Shown one piece after another: positions 8,885-18,453 of a stretch of DNA of 64,000 nt. Each line of letters starts with the position of its first letter. The first letter of the stretch is position 1. Source of the DNA: an uncultured Bdellovibrio sp. (lineage in GTDB: Bacteria > Bdellovibrionota > Bdellovibrionia > Bdellovibrionales > Bdellovibrionaceae); contig CAWVRN010000012.1 in assembly GCA_963932905.1 (NCBI GenBank), positions 48,019 through 112,018 on the forward strand, written 5' to 3'. The position numbers and the translations under genes are program-made. The notes beneath the pieces were generated by a model. It saw nothing but the letters and a program-made list of their open reading frames with translations. It was not told the DNA's origin and did no database searches.

Positions 8885-9769
8885 TTAACGATAAAAATTC
8901 ACACATGAATTGTTTTGTTTTAAAACTTTCTCAAAACGTTTCATGAAAATCGAGGGATGATCGGTTGTAATTCCAGCCACGCCCATCGCAATTAGTTTAT
9001 CGGCAGCTTCGGGATCATTCACTGTCCAAGGATTCACATCGATATTTCGGGCTCGAAGATAGGCGATCGAGTCCGAAGTCAGGTCTTGCCAATTCGGTGC
9101 AAATGCAATCGGCTGAAAGTCTTTGATGGCTGATTGAAAATCAATTTTTGTCCAGTCGCCGCGATCGACAAGAAGAATGCGGGGAATAGCCGGTTGGTGT
9201 TTTCGAAACTCAGTTAAAACGTCCCAATTGAAAGCCCGAGCGATGATGGGTGTTTTGATTTTAACTTTGTTAATCACGTCAGAGGTCGCTTTGGCTAGTT
9301 CGGCCATGGGAGCTGATTCGTGAAGAAATTCTTTTTCACTTTTGATTTCAAGATGCAGAGGAATGGCAGGTAGGCCTTGTGATTCACGGGCTTGGACAGC
9401 TAGAAGAAATTCTTCAAAGGTAATAACCTTCGTGTCGCCCGGTTTTGTAACTAAGTGGTCCGAGTAGGGGATCTGTTTAATTTGAGTCAGGGTCAAGTCT
9501 TTGATCAATACAGGCTCAGTCAGTCCCAAAAAGTCTTCGGGATTTAATTTATAATCATGATAAATTACGGGAACGCCGTCTTTGGTCAGGTGAACATCGA
9601 ATTCCACACTAGACGCCTTGATATCCATCGCGTGGATCAATGCCGACATGGAATTTTCACGGTAGGTAAGCCGATCGCCTCGATGCGCTGAAATTTCCCA
9701 AAAATGTGGGCTGCTATGAGCAGGGGTAGTCAGCCCAAGCCACAACAAGATAGAAATTAATTTGTGCAC
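8885..9769 (-). CDS. Exported glycerophosphodiester phosphodiesterase (GDPD)
   Basis: SAHRG, EN, EFDVHLTKDG..VIYHD, LEIK, PWTVN, GITTD. GTG start at 9769 with GAGGA RBS gives a clean signal peptide. Confidence 0.9.
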   Translation of the reverse strand: MHKLISILLWLGLTTPAHSSPHFWEISAHRGDRLTYRENSMSALIHAMDIKASSVEFDVHLTKDGVPVIYHDYKLNPEDFLGLTEPVLIKDLTLTQIKQIPYSDHLVTKPGDTKVITFEEFLLAVQARESQGLPAIPLHLEIKSEKEFLHESAPMAELAKATSDVINKVKIKTPIIARAFNWDVLTEFRKHQPAIPRILLVDRGDWTKIDFQSAIKDFQPIAFAPNWQDLTSDSIAYLRARNIDVNPWTVNDPEAADKLIAMGVAGITTDHPSIFMKRFEKVLKQNNSCVNFYR

Positions 9770-9905
9770 AATCTTCCTCAAGGGAATTACTATAGCAAAT
9801 TTGGATTTGTCTTTCATCTGTAGTAATTTAGACGAAATGACAAAAATGGCTCGGTTATATTGTCTTTGAAGAAGTTTAAATTACATTATCTAGAAAAAGG
9901 AATTC

Positions 9906-9995
9906 ATGACGACGCTTGTTGCTTATGTAGTGAATGAATCCCTATACGATATCAATGGGCGTCGATTTTTTGCTGCCTTCAGTTATGGGTTCTAA
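9906..9995 (+). pseudogene. 29-codon mini-ORF resembling the extreme C-terminus of a TonB-dependent receptor/OMP (remnant)
   Basis: AAAGGA RBS then MTTLVAYVVNESLYDINGRRFFAAFSYGF*; YD..GR.F....Y.F beta-signal pattern. Confidence 0.45.
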
Positions 9996-10024
9996 GAACA
10001 TGCTAAATCAATCATACTGCGTTC

Positions 10025-10858
10025 ATGACTGATAGACCCGATGACCTGATCGGCTTTGCCGATTTTAAAATTCCCATTATGAAGATTCCGAAATTAAAAT
10101 CACTTCGGGATCCATTCAACGAGCCCATTTACTATCGGATAATGGATGGCACAACCGATACAGCCATTGTGTTAGTGCACGGCATGGGCGGTGATTCACG
10201 CTACTTGACTCAGCTGGCGTTGCAATTATCGCAAGCGACTCAGCACACGATATTACTTCCGGATTTAAAATCCCATGGCGAAATGAACCAAGATCGCGCG
10301 GTAAAACTGCTGCCTCATCAAGACGTCATCACGGAATTGCAATTTCTTTTAGATAACTGGAAACAAAATCACTTAATGATAAAAAACATCGTTCTTGTGG
10401 GGCACTCGTTAGGTGGCGCTGTAGTTTTAAAATGGCTTATGAGTCAACCGATTGGAACATTTCAAAAGATTGGCTTAATCGCGCCGTATCTACCAGAACC
10501 TTACAATGTGGAATCGTCGCGTTTTGGTTTTTGGGTGAAACGCACAGATGAGAAACTACTTCTAAGATTCCCAGAGCAGGCCAAGTGGGGATCTGAAGTG
10601 GAAGAGTACGATGCCTCTTACATCAAATCCTGCGTGCTGGAAAACCTCGATTGGCAGCAATGCCACGAACGATGTCCCGATTTGAATTTATTTGTCAGCG
10701 ATGCCGATTTAATTCTTGATGTAAAAAAATATCAGAATCACTTTGCCAGCAAAAGCGAAATTAATTTTCGCGTATTCAATGGATTTTCTCATATAGGCCT
10801 TGTGACCAGTCCGAAGAGTGGTCAGCAGATTGCCTCTGAATTATTTCCTAAAAATTAA
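10025..10858 (+). CDS. Alpha/beta fold hydrolase
   Basis: LVHGMGG, PDLKSHG, GHSLGG nucleophile elbow, C-terminal SH. Confidence 0.88.
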   Translation: MTDRPDDLIGFADFKIPIMKIPKLKSLRDPFNEPIYYRIMDGTTDTAIVLVHGMGGDSRYLTQLALQLSQATQHTILLPDLKSHGEMNQDRAVKLLPHQDVITELQFLLDNWKQNHLMIKNIVLVGHSLGGAVVLKWLMSQPIGTFQKIGLIAPYLPEPYNVESSRFGFWVKRTDEKLLLRFPEQAKWGSEVEEYDASYIKSCVLENLDWQQCHERCPDLNLFVSDADLILDVKKYQNHFASKSEINFRVFNGFSHIGLVTSPKSGQQIASELFPKN

Positions 10859-12312
10859 GGACACCAAGGGGCCGTGTCCATTTGTTCTAACGATTCTTCA
10901 TAAAAGTAAAAGTTAGATGGCTTTGCTCGTGAAACAGAACCAACTTGGTTGCCGATGATGGTGAATACAAAATGTCCTTCTGTCGTAGTGTGCGTTAGGC
11001 GTTTTGAAGTTTGCACCAAATTCGAATCAAACTTAACGTCAACTTGAGGCTCGATAAATAGTGCACGTTTTACCGAACGTACATTTTTATTGGCGCCCGA
11101 AACGGTAGAGCCGGAGGACAGTTCACCTTGATTCCATTTTTTAGGATTCGTAATACATTTAGGGACAACAGAATAGCGATGGTAGTCCTTGTCCTTAACG
11201 ATATCTAAAATAAACAGTGAAGATTGAAACGCGGACGAATTTTTTAACATCTGTATGTATTCGTCCACATTTTTAGCATTATCAAATCCAGTCGTGGCTT
11301 CCTCTTGGTCGCTGATTGAAGCAGGGATTTTTTGTGCACACGTGGTATTTTCAGCATTGATATCGCGCGGATTCCGGACACACAACGCCTGAGTGTACTG
11401 AAAATGATCTGGCAAATAATTTGGCAAATCTAGATTCACATTAATTTTAACACTTTTATTAAACGCATCTTTAAACGCGCTAGATTTCAATATAGTTAAA
11501 AATTCAGGTGTCGCATATGACTGAGCAAATCCAATCACTTCGTTGCGAGCGTTCAATACCGGGCTGCCCGAATTGCCTTGTATAATACTGCATGGGCTGT
11601 ATGAATTTTCCGGCTTCACGGCCAGGCCTGTTTCGGCCCATTGGTTGTAATACTTTGAATTTAATAAACTGCCCGTCAGTGTTTGGCAGCGAGCATAGTC
11701 TAAATAGCCATCCAATGTTTTTGAATTCGGAGGAGGATTAACCTTACGAACAGAAACCAGTTGCTTTCCGTCAGTAGGAGATGTTGCTAGTGGCAAGACC
11801 ACACGATTCACCGGTTTGATTCGAAAAAACGCATAGTCAGCGTTGATAGCAAAAACACTGGCCTCTTTAATATTACTTCTGTAAATAATTTCCGTACATG
11901 AACGAATCTCTGTTGGATGTCCGGGCGTTTCAGGAAATCGAATGGCAAGAGTTTCGCCACATGACGAGCGATTTTCCCACATTGCGTCCGTAATACAGTG
12001 TGAATTCAAAGCCACGATATCATTCGATCCATATAGGAATCCCGTACATCGACCCATTTTATATGAGCTATTTTTGGGAACGTAGCCATCTCGAGCAAAT
12101 GCGACTAATCCAATAGATTCGAAATCAGTTTTATTCGATTCGCACTCACTATTTGCGCATTTTAGAATTGCCGCACTTAATTCTTTGCCGAGCGGACTAT
12201 TCGCATCGTAAGTTGGAAACGGATCATGCGTTTCCGTGTCGTTGTTTTTAGCGCAACTGATAGTCAGTAAAGCGGCAGATAATAATGTGATAGAAAGAAA
12301 TTTAAACCCCAT
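10855..12312 (-). CDS. Trypsin-like serine protease, lipoprotein, with C-terminal extension
   Basis: CTGF, NSHC, DYA, GNSGSP; lipobox TISC. Confidence 0.85.
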   Translation of the reverse strand: MGFKFLSITLLSAALLTISCAKNNDTETHDPFPTYDANSPLGKELSAAILKCANSECESNKTDFESIGLVAFARDGYVPKNSSYKMGRCTGFLYGSNDIVALNSHCITDAMWENRSSCGETLAIRFPETPGHPTEIRSCTEIIYRSNIKEASVFAINADYAFFRIKPVNRVVLPLATSPTDGKQLVSVRKVNPPPNSKTLDGYLDYARCQTLTGSLLNSKYYNQWAETGLAVKPENSYSPCSIIQGNSGSPVLNARNEVIGFAQSYATPEFLTILKSSAFKDAFNKSVKINVNLDLPNYLPDHFQYTQALCVRNPRDINAENTTCAQKIPASISDQEEATTGFDNAKNVDEYIQMLKNSSAFQSSLFILDIVKDKDYHRYSVVPKCITNPKKWNQGELSSGSTVSGANKNVRSVKRALFIEPQVDVKFDSNLVQTSKRLTHTTTEGHFVFTIIGNQVGSVSRAKPSNFYFYEESLEQMDTAPWCP

Positions 12313-12438
12313 GTCCCGTCCCCAATTTAAGATGGGTCCGAGCCTAACATAGTCTGTTTAATTTTTCTGAAAAAAGTGGAAAGATGAAAGGATTTCTGTT
12401 TCAAAGGAATTTTTTCAAATGAAACAGTCATTTAAATC

Positions 12439-12461
12439 AACCCCTAGTTTGCCTAGGGGTT
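12439..12461 (-). terminator. Hairpin, probable terminator of the DHS-like gene
   Basis: aacccctag-tttgc-ctaggggtt inverted repeat; weak U tract. Confidence 0.5.
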
Positions 12462-12478
12462 TCAATAAGATAGAAATA

Positions 12479-13450
12479 CTATTGGCCTAAAACGTACGCA
12501 AAAATCAACGGCGCTACGATAGAAGCGTCTGATTCAATGACAAACTTAGGTGTATCAACAGCTAATTTACCCCACGTAATTTTCTCGTTAGGGATAGCGC
12601 CGCTGTAGGACCCGTATGATGTCGTAGAATCACTGATTTGAGCAAAGTAGCTCCACAAAGGAACTTCCGTGTACTGTAAATCTTGAGCTAACATAGGAAC
12701 TACGCAGATTGGGAAATCGCCCGCGATACCGCCGCCGATTTGGAAGAAACCAACTGGGTTTTTAGTCGCAGTGGCCATGTACCATTCAGAGAACGCCATC
12801 ATGTACTCAATGCCGCCTTTAACTAAGTTAGGGCTCTTTAGATCGCCTTTAAGAAGGTGACCAGTAAAGATGTTACCAACAGTTGAATCTTCCCATCCAG
12901 GAACAACCATCGGAAGATTTTTTTCAGCAGCAGCCAACAACCAAGAATCTTTCGGATCGATTTGGTAATACTGCTTTAATTTTCCAGACAATAAAATTTT
13001 GTACATGAATTCATGAGGGAAGAAACGTTGACCTGCTTTTTCAGCCGCAACCCATTCTTCAAGAACCGCTTTTTCGATACGACGAATCGCTTCTTCTTCA
13101 GGGATGCATGTGTCAGTTACGCGATTTAAATGGCGCTCAAGCAATGCTTGTTCATCTTGTGGAGTTAAGTCGCGGTAGTTAGGGATCACTTCGTAATGAT
13201 CATGCGCTACCAAGTTAAATACGTCTTCTTCAAGGTTCGCACCAGTACAAGAAATCGCGTGGATTTTACCTTGGCGAATCATTTCAGCTACGCTGATACC
13301 CAGTTCAGCCGAGCTCATCGCTCCAGCCATAGTTAGAAGAACTTTACCATTATTGTTGATCAAAGTTTTGTAACCTTGAGCCGCATCTTTCAACGCACGA
13401 GCATTGAAATGGCGATAGTGGTGATCGATAAAATTAGAAATTGTAGACAT
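12479..13450 (-). CDS. Deoxyhypusine synthase family protein (polyamine/homospermidine synthase-like)
   Basis: HFNA, AGAMS, TGANLEED, GGGIAGDF, DS..YGSYSGA.PNEKITWGK. Confidence 0.92.
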   Translation of the reverse strand: MSTISNFIDHHYRHFNARALKDAAQGYKTLINNNGKVLLTMAGAMSSAELGISVAEMIRQGKIHAISCTGANLEEDVFNLVAHDHYEVIPNYRDLTPQDEQALLERHLNRVTDTCIPEEEAIRRIEKAVLEEWVAAEKAGQRFFPHEFMYKILLSGKLKQYYQIDPKDSWLLAAAEKNLPMVVPGWEDSTVGNIFTGHLLKGDLKSPNLVKGGIEYMMAFSEWYMATATKNPVGFFQIGGGIAGDFPICVVPMLAQDLQYTEVPLWSYFAQISDSTTSYGSYSGAIPNEKITWGKLAVDTPKFVIESDASIVAPLIFAYVLGQ

Positions 13451-13509
13451 ACGAAACTCCTCGAATTTTCTAGAGGGAATCGGATATCACAGTTTCTAGT
13501 GCGATACTA

Positions 13510-14634
13510 CTAGTTTTGTAGCGATCCGTCCGTAGGCGGCGTCGGTGTGCCGGCGTAGTCTTTCTTAGCTAAAACTGCTTTCGATAAGAATCCAAAAATC
13601 CGCTCGATAACGTGCATATTGTTTTCTTGAACCATGCCTTCGATAGGATGTTGGGTGTAATTTTTATAGAAGGGTTCGTGAAAGTCTTTAGGGAATATAT
13701 CTAAAGCCCAATCCAAATCCTGATCATCTTGATTCTGAAGGGAATCCACGAAACCCCACAGTCCCGCGGGTTTTAAAACACGCTGACTTTCATTTAACGT
13801 TTGCTTGCGCACACCTTCGGGCAATTCGTGATACAGGTAACATGAATAAACCAGATCAAACGTTTCGTTTTTAAATGGCAAGTCTTCCGCATGCGCCTGA
13901 ATAAAATTAATGCCTTGTAAATCAGCTAAATTTTCCTGCGTCTTTTTCAAATACGATGAGCTCATGTCAGAGGCGGTTATTTTGGCTTTGGGAAACGTCA
14001 GTTTCATAAATCGAGTCAGGATGCCTGTGCCGCAGCCCAGTTCTAGGAACTGCATGCCTTCACCGTCATTCGGGATTTGTTTCTTCAATAGTGGCAGGAT
14101 CAAGCGGCGCATAGCGTGTGAAGAACCGCCAAACAGGATTTCTACTTGATGGTCGTAAAGTTCAGCTGATTCCGGTGAAAAATAGCCATTAGTTTGAAAA
14201 TGATAATTGCGTTTCGAGTAGTCGGGTGCCGATTGAATATCCGCATCCGCTTTGTCATCAAATTCATGGGCGATTTTATTAGTGCGACGCCTTGAAATTT
14301 TAACGGCGTCAGTGAATACATTCACTAACGATTTAAAATGCTGCAACGGACTTTCCAAATTTAAAACTGAGTAGGGGTAAACACCCGACGCCATGTTTTC
14401 TGCATCTTGTTTCAAAAGTTCAAAAACTTTGGCATAGGTTAACGAGACTTTTTCGCGATCCAAGTTTTTATACGGTTTGTTTTTTCGATTAACGGCGAAT
14501 TCGATCCAAGGAATCGCCCATTGTTCAGCCGCGTAACTGGCCGAGCGACCTAACGAGTACAGCAGGGCTGCATTCTTTTTAACTTCGGGTAATTCGGAAT
14601 CCAGTCGTTGTTTAAGCTGATCAAAAACCATCAT
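13510..14634 (-). CDS. Class I SAM-dependent methyltransferase
   Basis: LELGCGTG motif I, NYHFQTNGY, YDHQVEILF, AEDLPF, LYHELP. Confidence 0.88.
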   Translation of the reverse strand: MMVFDQLKQRLDSELPEVKKNAALLYSLGRSASYAAEQWAIPWIEFAVNRKNKPYKNLDREKVSLTYAKVFELLKQDAENMASGVYPYSVLNLESPLQHFKSLVNVFTDAVKISRRRTNKIAHEFDDKADADIQSAPDYSKRNYHFQTNGYFSPESAELYDHQVEILFGGSSHAMRRLILPLLKKQIPNDGEGMQFLELGCGTGILTRFMKLTFPKAKITASDMSSSYLKKTQENLADLQGINFIQAHAEDLPFKNETFDLVYSCYLYHELPEGVRKQTLNESQRVLKPAGLWGFVDSLQNQDDQDLDWALDIFPKDFHEPFYKNYTQHPIEGMVQENNMHVIERIFGFLSKAVLAKKDYAGTPTPPTDGSLQN

Positions 14635-14694
14635 AAATCCTCCGTAGGTATGCGCTCTGAAAGATCATAATGGAATATAGGGGAAATTTAAAGT

Positions 14695-14847
14695 TTAAGT
14701 CTTGAGAGTTTCTAATTTTAACTGTTTTTCTTGCTTTTTCTTGTCAATTTTCAGTTTTAACCATTGGCGGAAGACTAAAAATAAAATCGTGAAACCTAAT
14801 GTTAGGATTCCGAGGAAAAATAAAGACATTAATGTAATACCGATCAT
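14695..14847 (-). CDS. 50-aa single-pass membrane protein (not in ORF track)
   Basis: GGAG RBS at the end of tcdA; MIGITLMSLFFLGILTLGFTILFLVFRQWLKLKIDKKKQEKQLKLETLKT*. Confidence 0.6.
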   Translation of the reverse strand: MIGITLMSLFFLGILTLGFTILFLVFRQWLKLKIDKKKQEKQLKLETLKT

Positions 14848-14850
14848 TGT

Positions 14851-15729
14851 TTACTCCGCCAGTTTTTGAGAATCAGAATTAATAACTTGTTTCACTATCC
14901 AAGACGCCGCCGCTAAACCAAATGCACCGGTGACAAACGAAGCTGAACCATTAATTAAATTTTTATTGTCGCAAGTATTAAATCCATTTTGCCCTTGAGG
15001 ACAAACGCATTTAAACCCTTGTCCGTTATCATACGCCAGATCCACTGGCATGGTCGGGTGTTCAGGTGACCAAACACATGTAATGCCGAAATCGCCCGAG
15101 ATTTTTGGAAAGCCATACTCTTGGCGCAAGATACGACGAACAGCGACGCACATGGGGTCGACTTCAGTGGAAGCTAGGTCCGTAATTTTGATGCAGGTTG
15201 GGTCCATTTTCGCTGCGGAACCGCCCGATGTGATTGTTTTAATTTTTTTCTCTTTCAACGTCGCCAGCAAGTGGCATTTCGCAGTCATATTGTCCGAAGC
15301 ATCGAAAACATAGTCTGGATTTTTAGCTAAGATTTCTTCGCTGGTGTCCTTGTTGTAAAATATCGGCATGGCTTCCACTTGAATTTGTGGATTAATTTTT
15401 TGAATACGTTCCGCCATCACAACGGCTTTCTTTTTACCGATCATCCCGGAAATTGAATGCAGCTGACGGTTAGTATTCGTAATGCAAACTTCGTCGTAAT
15501 CAACCAAAGTCATTTTGCCAACGCCTGAACGCGCTAACGATTCTGCGGCCCATGAACCCACGCCGCCAAGACCAATAATCATCACGTGCGTGTGCGCTAG
15601 TTTTTCCATATTCGCATCGCCAATCAAGCGACCCATACGATCAAAGCGACGGTGCATCACGTATGGTGATTCCTGTATTTGCGTAGGAGAGGGTGGTGCT
15701 TGAGTTGGTTGTGTCTGGTCCGTTTGCAT
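14851..15729 (-). CDS. tcdA: tRNA threonylcarbamoyladenosine dehydratase (ThiF family)
   Basis: GLGGVGSW.AESLARSG, D.D.VC.TN.NRQ, K.DPT.I, S.E.P, GS..FVT..FG. Confidence 0.88.
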   Translation of the reverse strand: MQTDQTQPTQAPPSPTQIQESPYVMHRRFDRMGRLIGDANMEKLAHTHVMIIGLGGVGSWAAESLARSGVGKMTLVDYDEVCITNTNRQLHSISGMIGKKKAVVMAERIQKINPQIQVEAMPIFYNKDTSEEILAKNPDYVFDASDNMTAKCHLLATLKEKKIKTITSGGSAAKMDPTCIKITDLASTEVDPMCVAVRRILRQEYGFPKISGDFGITCVWSPEHPTMPVDLAYDNGQGFKCVCPQGQNGFNTCDNKNLINGSASFVTGAFGLAAASWIVKQVINSDSQKLAE

Positions 15730-15768
15730 TCTAAACCTTTCCGTTCTTTTCCGGGGGTGTCTTTTGAT

Positions 15769-16587
15769 TCATCTTCGACAAAAGACTCTTAAAAAGTTTC
15801 TGCTACTTATATCAAGAATTTCCTCGGCGTCCATATTTCTTAGCTCACCTATAGTTTTTGCAACATCTAATAGGGTTTTAGGCGGGTTTTCGCCCTTATT
15901 ATAAGCAGGAGGAGGCTGGTCAGGGGAATCTGTTTCTAAACATAGGAATTCTAACGGCAAATTCTGAGCTAACTTACGGGCTTTCTTATTCTTCTCGTGG
16001 CATACCGGGCCGCCAACGGAAATCAGCAGACCTTGCTTGGTCCAAAACTCTGATTGTTCAATACTGCCGCTATAAGAATGCAGCAGTCCGCGTTTGGTTT
16101 TAGGCGCCCACAGTGAAAATATGCGTTCTGTTTCCGGGTGAGCCTGCACGATATGGAACACCATCGGCAATCCCGTCCAATCGGCTAGCTCGATCTGAGT
16201 TTCCAGCGCGTGGATCTGGGAATCCTTGCCTTTTTCGATATAGGCTGGTCGAAAATCCAACCCCATTTCACCGACGGCTAGCAGAGCACCGGTCTTTTGT
16301 TGCTGGCCCAGCAGTCGAGCCAGTTGATCTAAAATCGGATCCAGTTCGTCCACGGTCTTAGAGGCCGCAAAATAGGGATGTACGCCAAAGCACAAGCCTA
16401 TTTGATTTGGCAGCCGTTGATGCAGTTCAAGTTGGCGATTCCAGTCGTCGGGATCAATGCCACCTTGCATGAAGAATCCAATACCTTTGGCCTCGGCTTC
16501 GGGGACCCATTGCGCTAAAAGTTCCGGCGAGTCTCCTAGGACTTTGGCAAGGTGGTTGTGACTGTCGATATGGCCTTTTATTTTCAT
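15769..16587 (-). CDS. tatD: TatD family hydrolase
   Basis: IDSHNHL, GVHP, GEMGLD, H, HSYSG, LETDSPD. Confidence 0.9.
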   Translation of the reverse strand: MKIKGHIDSHNHLAKVLGDSPELLAQWVPEAEAKGIGFFMQGGIDPDDWNRQLELHQRLPNQIGLCFGVHPYFAASKTVDELDPILDQLARLLGQQQKTGALLAVGEMGLDFRPAYIEKGKDSQIHALETQIELADWTGLPMVFHIVQAHPETERIFSLWAPKTKRGLLHSYSGSIEQSEFWTKQGLLISVGGPVCHEKNKKARKLAQNLPLEFLCLETDSPDQPPPAYNKGENPPKTLLDVAKTIGELRNMDAEEILDISSRNFLRVFCRR

Positions 16588-16647
16588 AAAACTAGTCTAC
16601 TGTTTCCCGGGTTAAGCGTCGAAAGAACTAAGTATATCGAGGTACTT

Positions 16648-17685
16648 ATGAAGTCAAAAAACAAGTCATTTGATTATGAAATAAAAATGGAAAACGGCCC
16701 AATATTAAAGCCCGTGGCGGTTGAGTTCTATAAGAACCACGATCGTGATCACAAGCCGCATAAGCCATTTAAGTACCATTCCGATATATTGGTGGCATTA
16801 AGCTTTACAAACATTTTAAAAACTCTGGATAAAGAGTGCGTGTACGACCTAGATTCCTCGATGGATTTCTGGCGCGCGATGGAACCACACTACGAACTAT
16901 ACGGTCGTTCAAGAAAACGTGTGGTGGCCTTAACCGAACGCACGGAAACAGTTCCGTCTAACTTAACAGAAAAGATCGAACAAAAGTGGAACAACATTTT
17001 ATCTGATGTGTTCTCAAAAGAAAAAATCAATTTGCAAGAACTTCAGCAATTGATCCCGCTAGTAGATTACTTAGAAGACCATTTGCAGAAACCATTATTA
17101 TATAATTTTTCTCTTTCATTTTCTCCAGAATTCCAGCAACGACTGTTGTTGTTATTCTCGCTGCTATCAAATGTGCGTGGACTTGTGGCTTTGGATCACA
17201 ATTCATTTATCGAGGATGCTAGTCACGAAGCTATCAAAATCGATTCGATTACGGATTATTTGGCGAAACCAGAATATGTAGTGAACGATGCTTTGCTATA
17301 TTTCCAATTCAAAAAATTGTTTGCGCCATTTGTAACGGGTCGTTCAAGTGATGTTAAGATTGATAAATTATTGTATCGACCTTTGGAATCTCATTTCCAA
17401 AAGTTTTCACACAATGCATGTCAACTAGTAGAAAACTTACCGCAAGCTTTCTTGGGGCAATTAAATCCGATGGAATTAGAACAAGCTCTGTATCTGATCC
17501 AAATGGATTGGTTACTTGGCTCAGAAGGCGGTTTGATTTTCAAAATCCGCGAAGAACTTTTTGGCCTGCAAGACGGCTACGAGAAAATCTTCTGGCCAGA
17601 ATACGATTTCCACGGCCACAAGCATTCAACTCGCTTGCACGTATGCTGCCACGCCAGTTTCGAAGTCGATAAAAAAGCAGCCTAA
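16648..17685 (+). CDS. Hypothetical protein
   Basis: Long ORF; GAGGT RBS before ATG 16648 avoids overlap with tatD. Confidence 0.7.
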   Translation: MKSKNKSFDYEIKMENGPILKPVAVEFYKNHDRDHKPHKPFKYHSDILVALSFTNILKTLDKECVYDLDSSMDFWRAMEPHYELYGRSRKRVVALTERTETVPSNLTEKIEQKWNNILSDVFSKEKINLQELQQLIPLVDYLEDHLQKPLLYNFSLSFSPEFQQRLLLLFSLLSNVRGLVALDHNSFIEDASHEAIKIDSITDYLAKPEYVVNDALLYFQFKKLFAPFVTGRSSDVKIDKLLYRPLESHFQKFSHNACQLVENLPQAFLGQLNPMELEQALYLIQMDWLLGSEGGLIFKIREELFGLQDGYEKIFWPEYDFHGHKHSTRLHVCCHASFEVDKKAA

Positions 17686-17689
17686 TTCG

Positions 17690-17714
17690 GGTGCCAGCCT
17701 ACTTTTCCGGACTC
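17690..17714 (+). repeat. Left inverted repeat
   Basis: ggtgccagcctacttttccggactc. Confidence 0.95.
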
Positions 17715-17777
17715 AACGTGTCCAATTTTTCCAAGGTTAATACTGGCAGGTAGATGTCTTTGCATTTTTAAAAAATT

Positions 17778-18416
17778 ATGCCGAGACCCTTAGTGATTCA
17801 ACAATCCGAATTTCCCTACAACATCAGCGCTCGATGTATCAACAGAGAGTGGTTTAGTATACCGATGGAAGATGTATGGGGCATCTTCTCTGAGGAATTG
17901 ACTCGAACTTGCCAAAAACACAATTTGCAGGTGCATTCCTTTGTACTGATGAGTAATCATTTTCATCTTATCGCCTCAACTCCAGAGGCTAACATAAGTC
18001 AGTGCATGTTTCAGTTTGTCGGCCAATCCAGCAGACGGCTAGCTAAAAAGGGAAATAGAATCAACGAGACGTTTGCTGGGCGACACTATAAATGCATATT
18101 GCAACACCCGAACTATTTTTTAAACGCGTACAAATACAATTACCGAAATCCGGTGAATGCCGGTATTTGTGAGTCCGTTGAGAGCTATCACTACAGCACT
18201 CTTCCCGCTGTGATGAAGTTTGCGCAGCCGACAATTCCTCTTCTGGAAGACATCACCTTCAATTCGGATCCCGAGGGTACATTGAAGTGGCTTAACGAAG
18301 CGCCGGCACCTGATAAATTAGAAGCGGTAAGATGTGGACTGCGACATCAATATTTTAAGTCTAAGAAAGATCGAAACTTAAACAAACCCATATTGGTCGA
18401 TCATGAGATTTTATAA
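17778..18416 (+). CDS. REP-associated / IS200-superfamily tyrosine (Y1) transposase
   Basis: MPRP.., Y.I..R, FVLMSNHFHL (HUH), FAGRHY, Y..RNPV.AG (catalytic Tyr), Y.YS. Confidence 0.9.
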   Translation: MPRPLVIQQSEFPYNISARCINREWFSIPMEDVWGIFSEELTRTCQKHNLQVHSFVLMSNHFHLIASTPEANISQCMFQFVGQSSRRLAKKGNRINETFAGRHYKCILQHPNYFLNAYKYNYRNPVNAGICESVESYHYSTLPAVMKFAQPTIPLLEDITFNSDPEGTLKWLNEAPAPDKLEAVRCGLRHQYFKSKKDRNLNKPILVDHEIL

Positions 18417-18428
18417 CTTTTTCGCAAC

Positions 18429-18453
18429 GAGTCCGGAAAAGTAGGCTGGCACC
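18429..18453 (-). repeat. Right inverted repeat
   Basis: gagtccggaaaagtaggctggcacc, the exact reverse complement of 17690-17714. Confidence 0.95.

Larger units (their letters stand above)
17690..18453 (+). mobile_element. HUH/Y1 (RAYT-like) transposase element bounded by perfect 25-bp inverted repeats
   Basis: Transposase gene flanked by IRs at 17690-17714 and 18429-18453, between two convergent genes. Confidence 0.8.
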
